64,000 nt of DNA from Dehalococcoidia bacterium (GCA_030740155.1 JASLXV010000080.1:45457-109456); one strand, 5' to 3'; counted from the first letter of the stretch, positions 53,637 through 63,710 are shown. Translations and numbers: made by a program. Notes: generated by a model not told the origin, from the letters alone.

Positions 53637-54076
53637 GACGCTGAGCGCGCGTAGACATGCTGGTCAATGAGCTAACCGAGGCTATCATTGGTGCCGCTAT
53701 CGAGGTTCACCGAGCCCTTGGACCGGGGCTCTTGGAGTCGGCTTACGAAGAGTGCCTTTGTCGAGAGTTGACGCTAAGGAACGTTCCGTTCGAGCGACAG
53801 CGACAGCTACCGGTGGACTATAAGGGCATGCAGTTGAACTGCGGTTACAGGCTGGACCTGTCAGTCAGAGATGCCGTGGTGGTTGCGATAAAAGCCCTGG
53901 AGAGTCTCCTTCCGATTCACCAGGCCCAATTGTTAACCTACTTGAAACTGGGAGAATGGAAGGTCGGTTTGTTGATCAACTTCAACGTGCCGGTATTGAA
54001 ACAGGGAATCCGAAGGGTGGTGTTAGGGCTAAAAGATTAACACCGTCTCCATTTTGTCCTCTGCGCCTCTGCGGTG
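53628..54076 (+). mobile_element. Putative GxxExxY insertion bounded by inverted repeats
   Basis: CACCGCTGAGACGCTGAG (53628-53645) versus reverse complement of 54059-54076, CACCGCAGAGGCGCAGAG, 15/18 identical. Confidence 0.55.
53657..54040 (+). CDS. GxxExxY family protein (PD-(D/E)xK nuclease-like)
   Basis: [40 protein letters not shown]. Confidence 0.93.
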   Translation: MLVNELTEAIIGAAIEVHRALGPGLLESAYEECLCRELTLRNVPFERQRQLPVDYKGMQLNCGYRLDLSVRDAVVVAIKALESLLPIHQAQLLTYLKLGEWKVGLLINFNVPVLKQGIRRVVLGLKD

Positions 54077-54098
54077 AGCATACGCCGAAGGAGAACCT

Positions 54099-56939
54099 AT
54101 GGCCGATGAAATCACCATCGCCTTCGACGGGGTGGAAGTTAAGACACGCCCCGGTAAGATGGTCTTAGAGGCTGCCATCGAGGCCGGGATATACATCCCA
54201 TACCTTTGCTACCATCCGGGGATGAAACCCTACGGCGCTTGCCGGATGTGTGTGGTGGGAGTCGAAGGAGGCCGAGGGTATCCGGCGTCCTGTACCCTGC
54301 CGGTTCAAGATGGAATGAAGATCCACACCGAGATGGGTGATGTCCAGGAGTTGCGGCGCTCCATCATGGAGATGCTCATCGCCGAGCACCCCAGCGGCTG
54401 CCTCACTTGCCACCGGGTCAACATCTGCGGTCCGGGCAACGTCTGCCTGCGTCACGTTTCGGTGAACGACCGTTGCGTCACCTGCCCCAAGAACGAGCGT
54501 TGCGAGCTGAAGGACACCGTCCGCTACTTGGGCGTGGGCCTGGAATCGCCGTTGGAGTACAAATACCGGCAGATCCCTCTCGAAGTCGGAGACCCCTTCT
54601 ACGACCGCGACTACAACCTGTGCATCGTATGCGGCCGTTGCGTGCGGGCGTGCGAGGAGTTGCGCGGCGACAGCGCGATCTGTTTCACCTATCGCGGCGG
54701 CGTCGGCCTGGTGGGCACTTCCTTTGGGACCTCGCTGCTTGAGTCCGGGTGCGAGTTCTGCGGCGCCTGTATTGACGTGTGCCCGGTGGGCGCGCTGGTG
54801 GAGCGGGAGCACAAGTGGGAGAAGCCGGCCAGAACGGTGCGCACCATCTGCCCTCATTGCCCGGTGGGCTGCCAGCTTAACTTGGAAGTCAACGCGTCGG
54901 GCCGGTTCGTCCGCGCCGTCCCCGAGCTGAACTCCCCGGCCAACCGGGGCCAGGCCTGCTTCAAGGGGAAATTCGGCCTGGAGTTCATCAGCCGGGCGGG
55001 CCGGTTGCAGACGCCCCTGATCCGGCGCGATGGGTGGCTGGAGGAGGCCTCTTGGGACGAGGCCCTTGATCTCATCGCCGCCAAACTGGCTGAATACAAA
55101 GGCGAGAGTTTTGTGCTTCTCACCTCGCCCAACAGCACCAATGAAGAACACTACCTGGCGCAGAAATTCGCTCGCGTGGTCATGCAGTCCAACAACGTGG
55201 ACCAGACTTCGGACACCCAGCCGGAATTGACCAATGGCTTGGAGCGGTCGCTGGGTTATGCCGCGGCGACCAACTCCATTTGGGACCTGGAGCAGGCGGA
55301 CTGCATCATAGTGTTCAATACCAACGTAACCGAAGAGCAGAACGTGGTCGGAGTGCCGATCAAGAAGGCGGCCAAGAAGGGCGCCAACTTGATAGTTATC
55401 GACCCTCGGGAGGTGGAGCTGACCCGCTACGCGGCACTCTGGCTGCGGCCGGCCCCAGGCACCGAGCTTCTGTTGCTGGGCGGTATCCTGAGGTCCTTGA
55501 TCGATCAGGGGCTGGAGCGGTCCGATTGGCTTGATGAAAAAAGCGAAAGCCCGGCGACGCTTCACTATGCCCTGCACGCCCTGGATATGGACCAACTGGC
55601 GCAGACCACCCAGGTATCGCGGCAAGCCATCTCCGACGCGGCGCGGATCTACGCCCAGGCCGGAAGCGGCGCGATTGTCTACGCCCTGGACAACGTCCCG
55701 GCCGACATCCAACGGGACTGCGTCCGGGCGTTGACCGATTTGGCCCTGGTCACCGGAAACCTGGGCAAACCCGGCTCCGGGCTGTATCCCATGCGGCAGG
55801 GCGCCAACGAGCAGGGGGCCTGGGATGTGGGTTGCCTGCCCGGCCGGCTTCCGGGGTACGGCCGCGTGTCCAATGAGGAGGATCGCCAGGCGGTGGAATC
55901 GGCGTGGGGGTGCGTCCTCCCCTCCGCTCCGGGCCTGGTTTTGACCGCCGCCTTCCAGGCGGCCGGCGAGGGGCGGGTTCGGGCCATGCTGGTGATCGGC
56001 GACAGCGCCAACTTCAACAATGGCAAGCTGGGAGACGGCTTGGCCGCACTGGAGAAGCTGGAGTTCCTGGTGGTCCATGATACCTTCCTGAGCCTGGCCG
56101 CCCAACGGGCCGACGTGGTGTTGCCCCGGGTCACCTTCGCCGAGAAGGAGGGCACTTTCACCAACCTGGAACGGCGCATCCAAAAGCTGAAGCCGGTCCT
56201 CCGCATCAACGGCGGCGAGGCCCGCCCGGAAAGTTGGGTGATTTCCGAGGTGGCCCAGCGTATGAACGCCGCCGGATTCGACCACTCGACCGCCGCCGAG
56301 ACCATGGACGAAATTGCCCGGCTGGCCTCGATCTACTCCGGATTCACCTACCAGCGCCTGGAAGAGGAGGGGGGGTTGGTGCTGCGCACCAGCCTGGAAA
56401 GCCCGCAACCTACCCAGGTGCTGTATGCCGGCCGGGAGCATCGGGGCATCCAATGGCCTTGCGACGGTGAGGGCGCCGAGAGCACGCCCACGTTGTACGC
56501 GGACGCCTTCCCCATGGAGAAGGCCGAAGTGGAAACGCCCCAGTTTCGTACCGCGGATATCCCAAGCGACCCGGAATACCCGATGTGGTTCGTGCCTGGC
56601 AGGGTGCTGATGCAACCGCACCGGCAGGCCCAGGTCATACGGGGCCGACGCAACCAGATTGTCCGGGAAGAGTGGGTGGAGATGAATCCAGCCGACGCGG
56701 CCGGCTGGGAAATCGCGGAGGGGGACAGCGTGGAGGTCCACACCCCGGGTCGGCGTCTGAAAGGCCGGGCGCGACTGTCTGAGTCGATGCTGACCGGAGT
56801 GGTTGCGGCCACGACCCTCTTTGGCCAGCTGGCGGTGGATCTACAGTCGAGCGAGGAGTTGGACCCGGCGTCCAGGGTGGCAGGCCTTGACATCTGCCGG
56901 GCCCGGGTCATGAAGCTTGGACCCGAGGGGTCTCAATAA
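54099..56939 (+). CDS. FdhA/NuoG-like Fe-S molybdopterin-family oxidoreductase subunit lacking the canonical Cys/Sec ligand
   Basis: CYH..GACRMC, CIVCGRCVRAC, CEFCGACIDVCP, CPHCPVGC..CFKG, EKEGTFTNLERR; NNVDQTSDTQ replaces NNxDxCxxxC/U-H. Confidence 0.9.
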   Translation: MADEITIAFDGVEVKTRPGKMVLEAAIEAGIYIPYLCYHPGMKPYGACRMCVVGVEGGRGYPASCTLPVQDGMKIHTEMGDVQELRRSIMEMLIAEHPSGCLTCHRVNICGPGNVCLRHVSVNDRCVTCPKNERCELKDTVRYLGVGLESPLEYKYRQIPLEVGDPFYDRDYNLCIVCGRCVRACEELRGDSAICFTYRGGVGLVGTSFGTSLLESGCEFCGACIDVCPVGALVEREHKWEKPARTVRTICPHCPVGCQLNLEVNASGRFVRAVPELNSPANRGQACFKGKFGLEFISRAGRLQTPLIRRDGWLEEASWDEALDLIAAKLAEYKGESFVLLTSPNSTNEEHYLAQKFARVVMQSNNVDQTSDTQPELTNGLERSLGYAAATNSIWDLEQADCIIVFNTNVTEEQNVVGVPIKKAAKKGANLIVIDPREVELTRYAALWLRPAPGTELLLLGGILRSLIDQGLERSDWLDEKSESPATLHYALHALDMDQLAQTTQVSRQAISDAARIYAQAGSGAIVYALDNVPADIQRDCVRALTDLALVTGNLGKPGSGLYPMRQGANEQGAWDVGCLPGRLPGYGRVSNEEDRQAVESAWGCVLPSAPGLVLTAAFQAAGEGRVRAMLVIGDSANFNNGKLGDGLAALEKLEFLVVHDTFLSLAAQRADVVLPRVTFAEKEGTFTNLERRIQKLKPVLRINGGEARPESWVISEVAQRMNAAGFDHSTAAETMDEIARLASIYSGFTYQRLEEEGGLVLRTSLESPQPTQVLYAGREHRGIQWPCDGEGAESTPTLYADAFPMEKAEVETPQFRTADIPSDPEYPMWFVPGRVLMQPHRQAQVIRGRRNQIVREEWVEMNPADAAGWEIAEGDSVEVHTPGRRLKGRARLSESMLTGVVAATTLFGQLAVDLQSSEELDPASRVAGLDICRARVMKLGPEGSQ

Positions 56940-57073
56940 TACCCGGCCTTCCCGCCGGGCTGATGTGCAACCAATCATGAGAGTGGACGGCCCAGGCCTG
57001 ACGCCGGCCGGCATGACGAGGGCTCGGCGCGCCGGTCAGGCCTAGCTGGCATCGAAAAGGAAGAGGAGCAGAT

Positions 57074-57841
57074 ATGGCAGACGACGTGACTCTGGCAGAT
57101 ACCGGGACTCCCAGGTCGCAGCCCAACCCCGGCTTGCCCAAGGCGATGCTGGTGGAGCGCCGGGATATCGCCGAGGACCTGATGGTCATCAAACTGGAGC
57201 CGGAAGAAGGGCCGCTCAAGTTCAAGCCCAGTCAATATTGCACCCTGGGGCTCGACGGAATCGAGCGGGCCTACTCCATAGTATCGGCGCCCCACGAACC
57301 TCTGCTGGAAATCTTCGTGGAGCTGGTTCCCGAGGGCGAGCTGACCCCCCGGATGTGGCGAATGCAGGTGGGCGATTGGATATCCCTCCGGCCCCGGGCC
57401 AAGGGCCTGTTTACGTTGAACCAGAAGGTACACCACCACTACATGCTTTCCACGGTGACCGGCGTGGCCCCGACCGTGAGCATCCTTCGGGATTATCTGC
57501 ACCGGGGCGCCGAGGGCCATAAGTTTTACGCGCTGATGGGCGCCAGCTATTACAATGAGTTCGCCTACGACGAGGAGCTTGCCGGCCTGGCCGCCGCGCA
57601 TCCGGACTTCATCACTTTCGTCCCCACGGTGAGCCGCCCCAACGAGGAGCGAAACGCCAACTGGACGGGAGCCAAGGGAAGGGTCAACCTCATCGCCGAG
57701 GAGTACCTGCAGAAGTTCGGCCTTCCCAAGGATGACACGATGATCTACGCCTGCGGTCACCCGGGCATGATCGAGGACGTCAAGGAGAAGTTCGTCTCCC
57801 AGGGGTGGATGTTCAAGGAAGAGCGGTTCTGGAAGCAGTGA
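57074..57841 (+). CDS. Ferredoxin/flavodoxin-NADP+ reductase (Fpr-like)
   Basis: RAYSIVSAP, GELTP, TVTGVAP, YACGHPGM, ERFW. Confidence 0.9.
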   Translation: MADDVTLADTGTPRSQPNPGLPKAMLVERRDIAEDLMVIKLEPEEGPLKFKPSQYCTLGLDGIERAYSIVSAPHEPLLEIFVELVPEGELTPRMWRMQVGDWISLRPRAKGLFTLNQKVHHHYMLSTVTGVAPTVSILRDYLHRGAEGHKFYALMGASYYNEFAYDEELAGLAAAHPDFITFVPTVSRPNEERNANWTGAKGRVNLIAEEYLQKFGLPKDDTMIYACGHPGMIEDVKEKFVSQGWMFKEERFWKQ

Positions 57842-57907
57842 GCCCTGCTGCCGGCCATCGATTCCCCTGCTTGGAGCCTACCCGACAACTCCAAGAGAGG
57901 CTGCTCC

Positions 57908-58071
57908 CGGTCCTTCGACAAGCTCAGGACGAACGGGTTTTCCCCGTTAGCACGGATCTTCCCGGTTCGTGGTGAGTTCCGATTCCATCGAGAGTCTCGA
58001 CGAAGTCGGACCTGTCGACCACGGCAGCCGGCTATTGGGTAAGCGGATAGCTGATAGCTGAATGCTGACCG
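57908..58071. repeat. REP-like CCTTCGACAAGCTCAGGACGAACGG unit plus short GCTGAnn heptamer run
   Basis: Degenerate palindromic partner near 57947-58000; GCTGATA GCTGAAT GCTGACC at about 58050. Confidence 0.5.
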
Positions 58072-58112
58072 CCCGGTTGACCGGTGGGTTAGAATTGCCG
58101 TTGTAGACCGCA

Positions 58113-60770
58113 GTGCGTGGGTGGGCCTTGACGCCGATTCGCCGCCAATACCTGAATATCAAACACTCCTACCCCGATGCCGTAGTCCTGTTCCGAATGG
58201 GCGACTTCTACGAGACCTTCGACGAAGATGCCCGGACCGCGGCGCGGGAACTGGAGATAACCCTCACCTCCCGCAGCATGGGAAAGGACCTCAGGGTACC
58301 CTTGGCCGGGTTCCCGGCCCATTCCCTGGAAAGTTACCTGGCCCGCCTTATCAAGAAGGGTTACCGGGTGGCCATCTGCGAGCAGCTCAGCGACCCCGCC
58401 ACGTCCCGAGGTCTGGTGGAGCGGGACGTGGTCCGGGTGGTAACGCCGGGCACGGTGCTGGAGCCGGGCCTGCTGGACCAGGGCGCCAACAACTATCTCG
58501 CTGCGGTGGTGGAAGAGGAAGAGTTGGTTGGCCTGGCCTACGTTGACATAACCACCGGCGAGTTCGCCTCCACCCAGCTGGACCGGGCACAGTTACCCCT
58601 GGAGTTGGAGCGCATCGCCGCCGCCGAGGTCCTCGTCCCACGGTCTGAGGCAACGCCTCGGTGGGCGGAGCCTCGGGGTCCGGACGGTTTGGGCGCCCTC
58701 CGTCTGACTTCACTGGAGCCGGTCGCCTTCGAGCTGCCTTCGGCGAGCCAGGCCCTGCTGGACCACTACGGGATCATGACCCTGGAGGCTTTCGGCTTGG
58801 AGGGCAAGCCGTTGGCGGTCCGGGCGGCGGGCGCCATCGTCGAGTACCTGGGCCGCACCCAGAGGGCGGGCAAGCTCCAACTGTCCACGCTGCACGCCTA
58901 CTCCACCGCCAGCTACATGGCCTTCGACGGCCAGACCCGGCGCAACTTGGAGCTGTTCCAGGCGGGACGCTCCGGCAGTGCCCAACTCTCCCTGCTGGGC
59001 ATCCTCGATCTGACCAAGACCCCCATGGGCAGCCGCCTGCTCCGCCAGTGGCTGGGCCAGCCTTTGCTGAGCTTGGAGGAGTTGGACCAACGCCTGGAAG
59101 CCGTCGGCTACTTTTTCGATGATGGCTTGCGCCGGGCCGGCACTATCTCACGGCTGGCCCAGATACCGGACCTGGAGCGCATCCTGGGCCGGGTCATCGC
59201 GGGGACCGTGGCCCCAAGGGAGCTGAAGGCCCTGAAACTGGGCCTGGAGGGCGTTGCCAGCCTCGGCCAGCACTTGGAGACCTCACCAACCGCGGCCCCT
59301 GCATCGCCGGAGGGGAACGGAGGAGTGGGGCCGGTTGCCTGGCTGGCCCGGCAGCTGGCGCCGCTGCCCGACCTTGTGGCGCTGATCGAGCGGGCCATCG
59401 CCTCCGAGCCGGCCGGCGAAGTTGGGCAGGGGAACGTCATCCGCGAGGGTTTCTCCCCCGAGTTGGACGAGCTGAGGGTCGCTTCGCGGGATGCCCGGAG
59501 GTTCATCGCCGGGCTGGAGCAGAAGGAGCGGGAGCGCACCGGGATCAAGAGCCTGAAGGTCGGCTACAACCAGGTGTTCGGCTACTACATCGAGGTCAGC
59601 AAGTCTAACCTGGCCCAGGTGCCGGAGGACTACATCCGGCGGCAGACCCTGGTCAACGCGGAGCGGTACATCGTGCCGGAGCTGAAGGAGTACGAGTCCC
59701 TGGTTCTCAACGCCCGGGAGCGTATTGAGGAGCTGGAGCGGGGCATCTACCGCCAGGTTTGCGGCCAGATCGAAGGCTCCGCCGCCGCCGTTAACCGGAG
59801 GGCGGCCGCCGTCGCCCGGGTGGACGTGTTTTCCAGCTTGGCGGAGGTGGCCGTGGGCCACGGGTACGTCCGGCCCCGGCTGGACCAGGGGAGCGTTATT
59901 TCCATCAAAGGCGGCCGCCACCCGGTGGTCGAGCAGGTGCTGGACCCCGGCTCCTACGTGCCCAACGACGCTTACCTATCCAATGACGACACCCGTCTGG
60001 TGGTGCTGACCGGCCCCAATATGGCCGGCAAGTCCACCTTCATCCGGCAGGTGGCGATCATCGTCTTGATGGCCCAGATCGGGAGCTTCGTGCCGGCGTC
60101 CGAGGCGACTATCGGGCTGGTGGACCGGATCTTCACCAGGGTGGGGCTGCAGGACGATCTGACCACGGGGCAGTCCACGTTCATGGTGGAGATGGTGGAG
60201 ACGGCGGCTATCCTGAACCAGGCCAGCCCGCGCTCACTGGTGATCCTGGACGAAATCGGCCGGGGCACCAGCACCTACGACGGCCTCGCCATCGCCCGGT
60301 CGGTCATCGAGCACCTTCACAACGACCGCCGGCTGGGCTGCAAGACGCTGTTCGCCACTCACTACCACGAGCTGACGGAGTTGGCCGGCACCTTGCCCGG
60401 AATCCGGAACTTCAGTGTCGCGGTTACCGAGGAGGAGGGCAGCGTCGGCTTCCTACATCGAATCGTGCCGGGTGGCGCCGACAAAAGCTATGGTGTCCAC
60501 GTGGCCCAGCTTGCCGGGCTGCCCCAGGGAGTGATAAACCGGGCCTGGGAGGTGCTGGCCGACCTGGAGGGAAACGACGGCGCCGGCAAAGGGACCAGAG
60601 GCCGGCGGCCCCGAAGAACCCCGGCCCGGCAGATGCCGCTCTTCGACACGGCTCAACCCCTTGTGGACGAGATCCGGGCGCTGGATATTCCGAACATGAC
60701 CCCCCTGGAGGCGATCAACGTCCTCTATCAGCTTCAAAAGACCGCTCGCGACCACGGAGAAGCCGAATAG
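58113..60770 (+). CDS. mutS: DNA mismatch repair protein MutS
   Basis: FRMGDFYETF, TGPNMAGKST, STFMVEM, DEIGRGT, FATHYHEL. Confidence 0.99.
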   Translation: MRGWALTPIRRQYLNIKHSYPDAVVLFRMGDFYETFDEDARTAARELEITLTSRSMGKDLRVPLAGFPAHSLESYLARLIKKGYRVAICEQLSDPATSRGLVERDVVRVVTPGTVLEPGLLDQGANNYLAAVVEEEELVGLAYVDITTGEFASTQLDRAQLPLELERIAAAEVLVPRSEATPRWAEPRGPDGLGALRLTSLEPVAFELPSASQALLDHYGIMTLEAFGLEGKPLAVRAAGAIVEYLGRTQRAGKLQLSTLHAYSTASYMAFDGQTRRNLELFQAGRSGSAQLSLLGILDLTKTPMGSRLLRQWLGQPLLSLEELDQRLEAVGYFFDDGLRRAGTISRLAQIPDLERILGRVIAGTVAPRELKALKLGLEGVASLGQHLETSPTAAPASPEGNGGVGPVAWLARQLAPLPDLVALIERAIASEPAGEVGQGNVIREGFSPELDELRVASRDARRFIAGLEQKERERTGIKSLKVGYNQVFGYYIEVSKSNLAQVPEDYIRRQTLVNAERYIVPELKEYESLVLNARERIEELERGIYRQVCGQIEGSAAAVNRRAAAVARVDVFSSLAEVAVGHGYVRPRLDQGSVISIKGGRHPVVEQVLDPGSYVPNDAYLSNDDTRLVVLTGPNMAGKSTFIRQVAIIVLMAQIGSFVPASEATIGLVDRIFTRVGLQDDLTTGQSTFMVEMVETAAILNQASPRSLVILDEIGRGTSTYDGLAIARSVIEHLHNDRRLGCKTLFATHYHELTELAGTLPGIRNFSVAVTEEEGSVGFLHRIVPGGADKSYGVHVAQLAGLPQGVINRAWEVLADLEGNDGAGKGTRGRRPRRTPARQMPLFDTAQPLVDEIRALDIPNMTPLEAINVLYQLQKTARDHGEAE

Positions 60771-60908
60771 GGGCAGACCGGCGGGCTTGCCTTAACCCCA
60801 TGCGAGTGCCAGACTCGGCGGCGGAGCGGCCCCCCAGCCGCCGGCCGCGAGGCCCCTGGACGCTGGGGACAGCATCCTCCCTGGCGGGCCCGCTGGGCGT
60901 GGTAAAAT

Positions 60909-61373
60909 GTGGCTGTCCGAAGAGAGTTCAAATTTGGAAAGGACGGTTCCGAAATGGTAGAGGCCGACGACCGGGTATTATTGGACTGGGACGCTCTAGA
61001 AGTCGGGGAGACGTTCGAAAAATACGAGTATGTCTTGACCCAGGAGATGATCGACACGTATAGAAAAGGCGTGATGGATACGGAAGCTGGTTTCCCGACC
61101 GTCAGCCACAAAGTGGACGTCAAGCAATATAACGCCCGATACAGGGACGACGGGTCTGTCAACGCTCGATGCGCTTTCTATTGCTACGGTCCTCCTCTCC
61201 CTGGGAAGAGACTAACGGTCACGGCTTGGATCGCGGATAAGTACTTGAGAAGAGGTAAGAATTTTATCGTCACGGAGGCGATTTCCGTTGATGAAGATGG
61301 CCGTCTGATAGACCGGGTCATAACCCATGAACTGAAGCAACCTTCGGAGGTGGGCAAGAAATGGGGGGGTTAG
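60909..61373 (+). CDS. Hot-dog fold (MaoC-like) protein
   Basis: LEVGETF, PGKRLTVTAWIADKYLRRGK. Confidence 0.7.
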   Translation: MAVRREFKFGKDGSEMVEADDRVLLDWDALEVGETFEKYEYVLTQEMIDTYRKGVMDTEAGFPTVSHKVDVKQYNARYRDDGSVNARCAFYCYGPPLPGKRLTVTAWIADKYLRRGKNFIVTEAISVDEDGRLIDRVITHELKQPSEVGKKWGG

Positions 61374-61813
61374 AACGCAATTACCAAATAGGAGATGATG
61401 TTCCATCTCTGGTCAAACAGGTGACCCAAGAGGCTATCAACCTTTTCGAGGCCAGCGCCGGCCAAACCGGACCTTCCCAATTTACCGATGAAGAGACCGC
61501 CAGAGAAACCCTGGGAACCACCGGCACCGTGGCCTCCGGTAGAATGTCGGTGACGTTCGCCATCGAGATGCTTAGAAAGTATTTTGGCGGCGACGTGTTC
61601 AACCATACCGGGATGGTGGACCTGAGGTTCTTGAGGCCCGTCCGCCCAGGCGACACGATCACCTTTTCGGGCAAGATCACCGACATTTCCAGGGAGGCCA
61701 ACGGCAGTAAAGTGTCGGTTGAAATCAAGGTGCAGAATCAAGAAGGAGACACCACCGGGGTTGGCAAAGGGAGCGCGACCGTTCCCAACGCTTATCTGCC
61801 CGCAGAGGAATAG
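61361..61813 (+). CDS. MaoC family dehydratase
   Basis: IGDDVP..VTQEAI, LRFLRPVRPGDTI, NQEG. Confidence 0.85.
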   Translation: MGGLERNYQIGDDVPSLVKQVTQEAINLFEASAGQTGPSQFTDEETARETLGTTGTVASGRMSVTFAIEMLRKYFGGDVFNHTGMVDLRFLRPVRPGDTITFSGKITDISREANGSKVSVEIKVQNQEGDTTGVGKGSATVPNAYLPAEE

Positions 61814-62165
61814 ACGCCGCCACCCGCGGCCACTTGAACCCAGTCTCGCCTTACAGTCCGTGGCACTTAATCCTGATGCCCGCAACTGATCCCGCCAGAC
61901 ATCGTTCACTTGCCACAGCCCAGCGTCACGGAGCACCCAAGAGCGGACTGATTTTGGCCGGCCGGTAACCGGGCAGCTTCACTTCCGCATCCGGCTTCCG
62001 CAACTTCCGCTGCACGCTGGCCAAGCTGCCAGGAAGGGCGCGTGCACTGAGGCGCTCGCCCCGATATTATCAGCTTGACGCCCTGCCAACACGGCTTAAC
62101 CTTGACCCAAGGCGCCCACGCACGACCCGGCTAAGATTCCGGGTATCAGTTCGAAGGAGCAACCG

Positions 62166-62717
62166 ATGAGTCTCACCTCATCAGTTTTCATTGCCGTAAG
62201 CCTGGATGGCTTCATTGCTAGACCAGGGGGCGAACTTGACTGGTTAGATGCGGCAAACACGACCGTCCCGGAAGGCGAAGATTGTGGCTATAACGCCTTC
62301 ATGGGGTCAATTGATGTCCTGATTATGGGTAGGCTAACCTACGAGCAAGTACTGTCCTTTGGCAACTGGCCGTATGGAAACAAACCCGTGGTCGTTTTGA
62401 GCACGAACTTGATCGAAATTCCTGAAGATTTGACGGAAACTGTTTCATGTTCTTCGGAATCCCCGAACAAGTTATGCGAGCGCTTATCAATTGAAGGAGC
62501 AAAACGGCTATATATCGATGGTGGTATTACCATTCAGCGGTTCCTCGCTGCCGGCCTTATCAACGATCTGACTATTACGGTCATTCCCACAATTCTTGGC
62601 AGCGGCAGGTCCCTGTTTGGCAATGCAGAGAAAGATATTCACCTTCGACACATCGCAACCAAGACCTATGAATTCGGCTTTGTTCAGTTGACCTATGAAG
62701 TGGAAAATCATGCTTAA
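62166..62717 (+). CDS. Dihydrofolate reductase / RibD C-terminal domain family protein
   Basis: FIAVSLDGFIA, MGRLTYE, YIDGG, IPTILGSG. Confidence 0.9.
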   Translation: MSLTSSVFIAVSLDGFIARPGGELDWLDAANTTVPEGEDCGYNAFMGSIDVLIMGRLTYEQVLSFGNWPYGNKPVVVLSTNLIEIPEDLTETVSCSSESPNKLCERLSIEGAKRLYIDGGITIQRFLAAGLINDLTITVIPTILGSGRSLFGNAEKDIHLRHIATKTYEFGFVQLTYEVENHA

Positions 62718-62782
62718 CCATCACGATCAGTTCACTACACCGGGCCACATCGCAGCGCCCAGGAGATAGGGCACGAAATAAT

Positions 62783-63328
62783 ATGGAGATCATACGGCCA
62801 ATCAATACAGAGCGACTAATGGTTCGGTGTTTTGAGGATACCGACTGGCCGGGGTTCCTGAAGTTTATGACCGACCCCGCGGCCACTCGTCACTTGCTGT
62901 TCAGCGATGACATGAAGAGTGAAGACGGGGCGCGCGCACTGTTCGAAAGCACCATCGAATCCTATTCGACGGATGATCCCATTCACGCCTACGCGGTCGC
63001 GCTCAAGAACAACAGATTCATCGGCTCCTGCGGGTTCTCCCCAATAGACGAAGTCGCCGGCCTTTACGAATGCTTTTACACGCTGCTCCCCGAATTTTGG
63101 AACAACGGATACGCAACCGAAGCGACAAAAGCCCTGATCGACTATTGCTTCGAGGTCTACCGAATCAGCGAGATGCGTGCCTACGTTTCCGCCGAAAACC
63201 CCGCCAGCTCGAAAGTGGCTGAACGCGCCGGAATGAAGTATCACGGTATTCAAAAACACCCACTGACGGGAACCCAGGGGATGGCGTACGCCATAGAAGC
63301 TTCTGACGGCGGACACGAGGGGACGTAA
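62783..63328 (+). CDS. GNAT N-acetyltransferase, RimJ/RimL-like
   Basis: TERL, FWNNGYATEA, NPASSKVAERAGM. Confidence 0.9.
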   Translation: MEIIRPINTERLMVRCFEDTDWPGFLKFMTDPAATRHLLFSDDMKSEDGARALFESTIESYSTDDPIHAYAVALKNNRFIGSCGFSPIDEVAGLYECFYTLLPEFWNNGYATEATKALIDYCFEVYRISEMRAYVSAENPASSKVAERAGMKYHGIQKHPLTGTQGMAYAIEASDGGHEGT

Positions 63329-63427
63329 GAGGCTGCGCCGCCCTGCTGCTGAGTTTGAATGAGGTGGCTTCCCATCGTCTCCATGGTGAAATGACCCCAA
63401 AGCGAAAACCACCAGAGGTAAAGGCTG

Positions 63428-63640
63428 ATGGCCAAGACAGGGCAGTTCACGGCGGTGATCGAGAGTGAGGGCGACGGCTACGTGGCCTTGTGTCCAGAGT
63501 TGGACATCGCCAGCCAGGGTAACACCATCGAGGAGGCCCGGAGCAACCTACAGGAGGCGCTGGAGGGGGTTTTCGAAGCGGCCAGCCCCGAAGAAACCCG
63601 AGAGCGTTTCCATACCGAGGTGTACGTCATCCGCCTTTAG
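63428..63640 (+). CDS. HicB family antitoxin, possibly with a premature stop
   Basis: FTAVIE.EGDGYVALCPELDIASQGNTIEEARSNLQEAL. Confidence 0.88.
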   Translation: MAKTGQFTAVIESEGDGYVALCPELDIASQGNTIEEARSNLQEALEGVFEAASPEETRERFHTEVYVIRL

Positions 63641-63647
63641 GTAACGA

Positions 63648-63710
63648 TTGGCTAGGCTGCTCGTGCTTTCGGGCCGGGCGACGTGCCGAGCCCTAGCCGA
63701 GTACGTCAAC
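63648..63710 (+). pseudogene. Truncated HicA toxin remnant
   Basis: (M)ARLLVLSGRATCRALAEY resembles a HicA N-terminus; the GSH motif never follows. Confidence 0.55.

Noticed and set aside
54399..54413. CLTCH as a c-type heme site in the FdhA-like subunit
   Set aside because: Protein has no export signal and the motif lies within an Fe-S cluster-binding region
54165..56741. 858-aa minus-strand ORF, and similar long antisense ORFs such as 28931-30742, 8083-9414 and 51621-52973
   Set aside because: Shadow frames of well-supported genes in GC-rich DNA, with no recognisable motifs
54099..56939. Selenocysteine formate dehydrogenase
   Set aside because: ORF is uninterrupted, with no UGA and no Cys at the ligand position
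62166..62717. dfrA trimethoprim resistance gene
   Set aside because: Motifs fit the RibD-C/DHFR-like family (SLDGFIA), not canonical DHFR
62712..62772. Integron attC site (GCTTAAC overlapping the DHFR-like stop)
   Set aside because: No matching GTTRRRY end or convincing palindrome, and no integrase in the window
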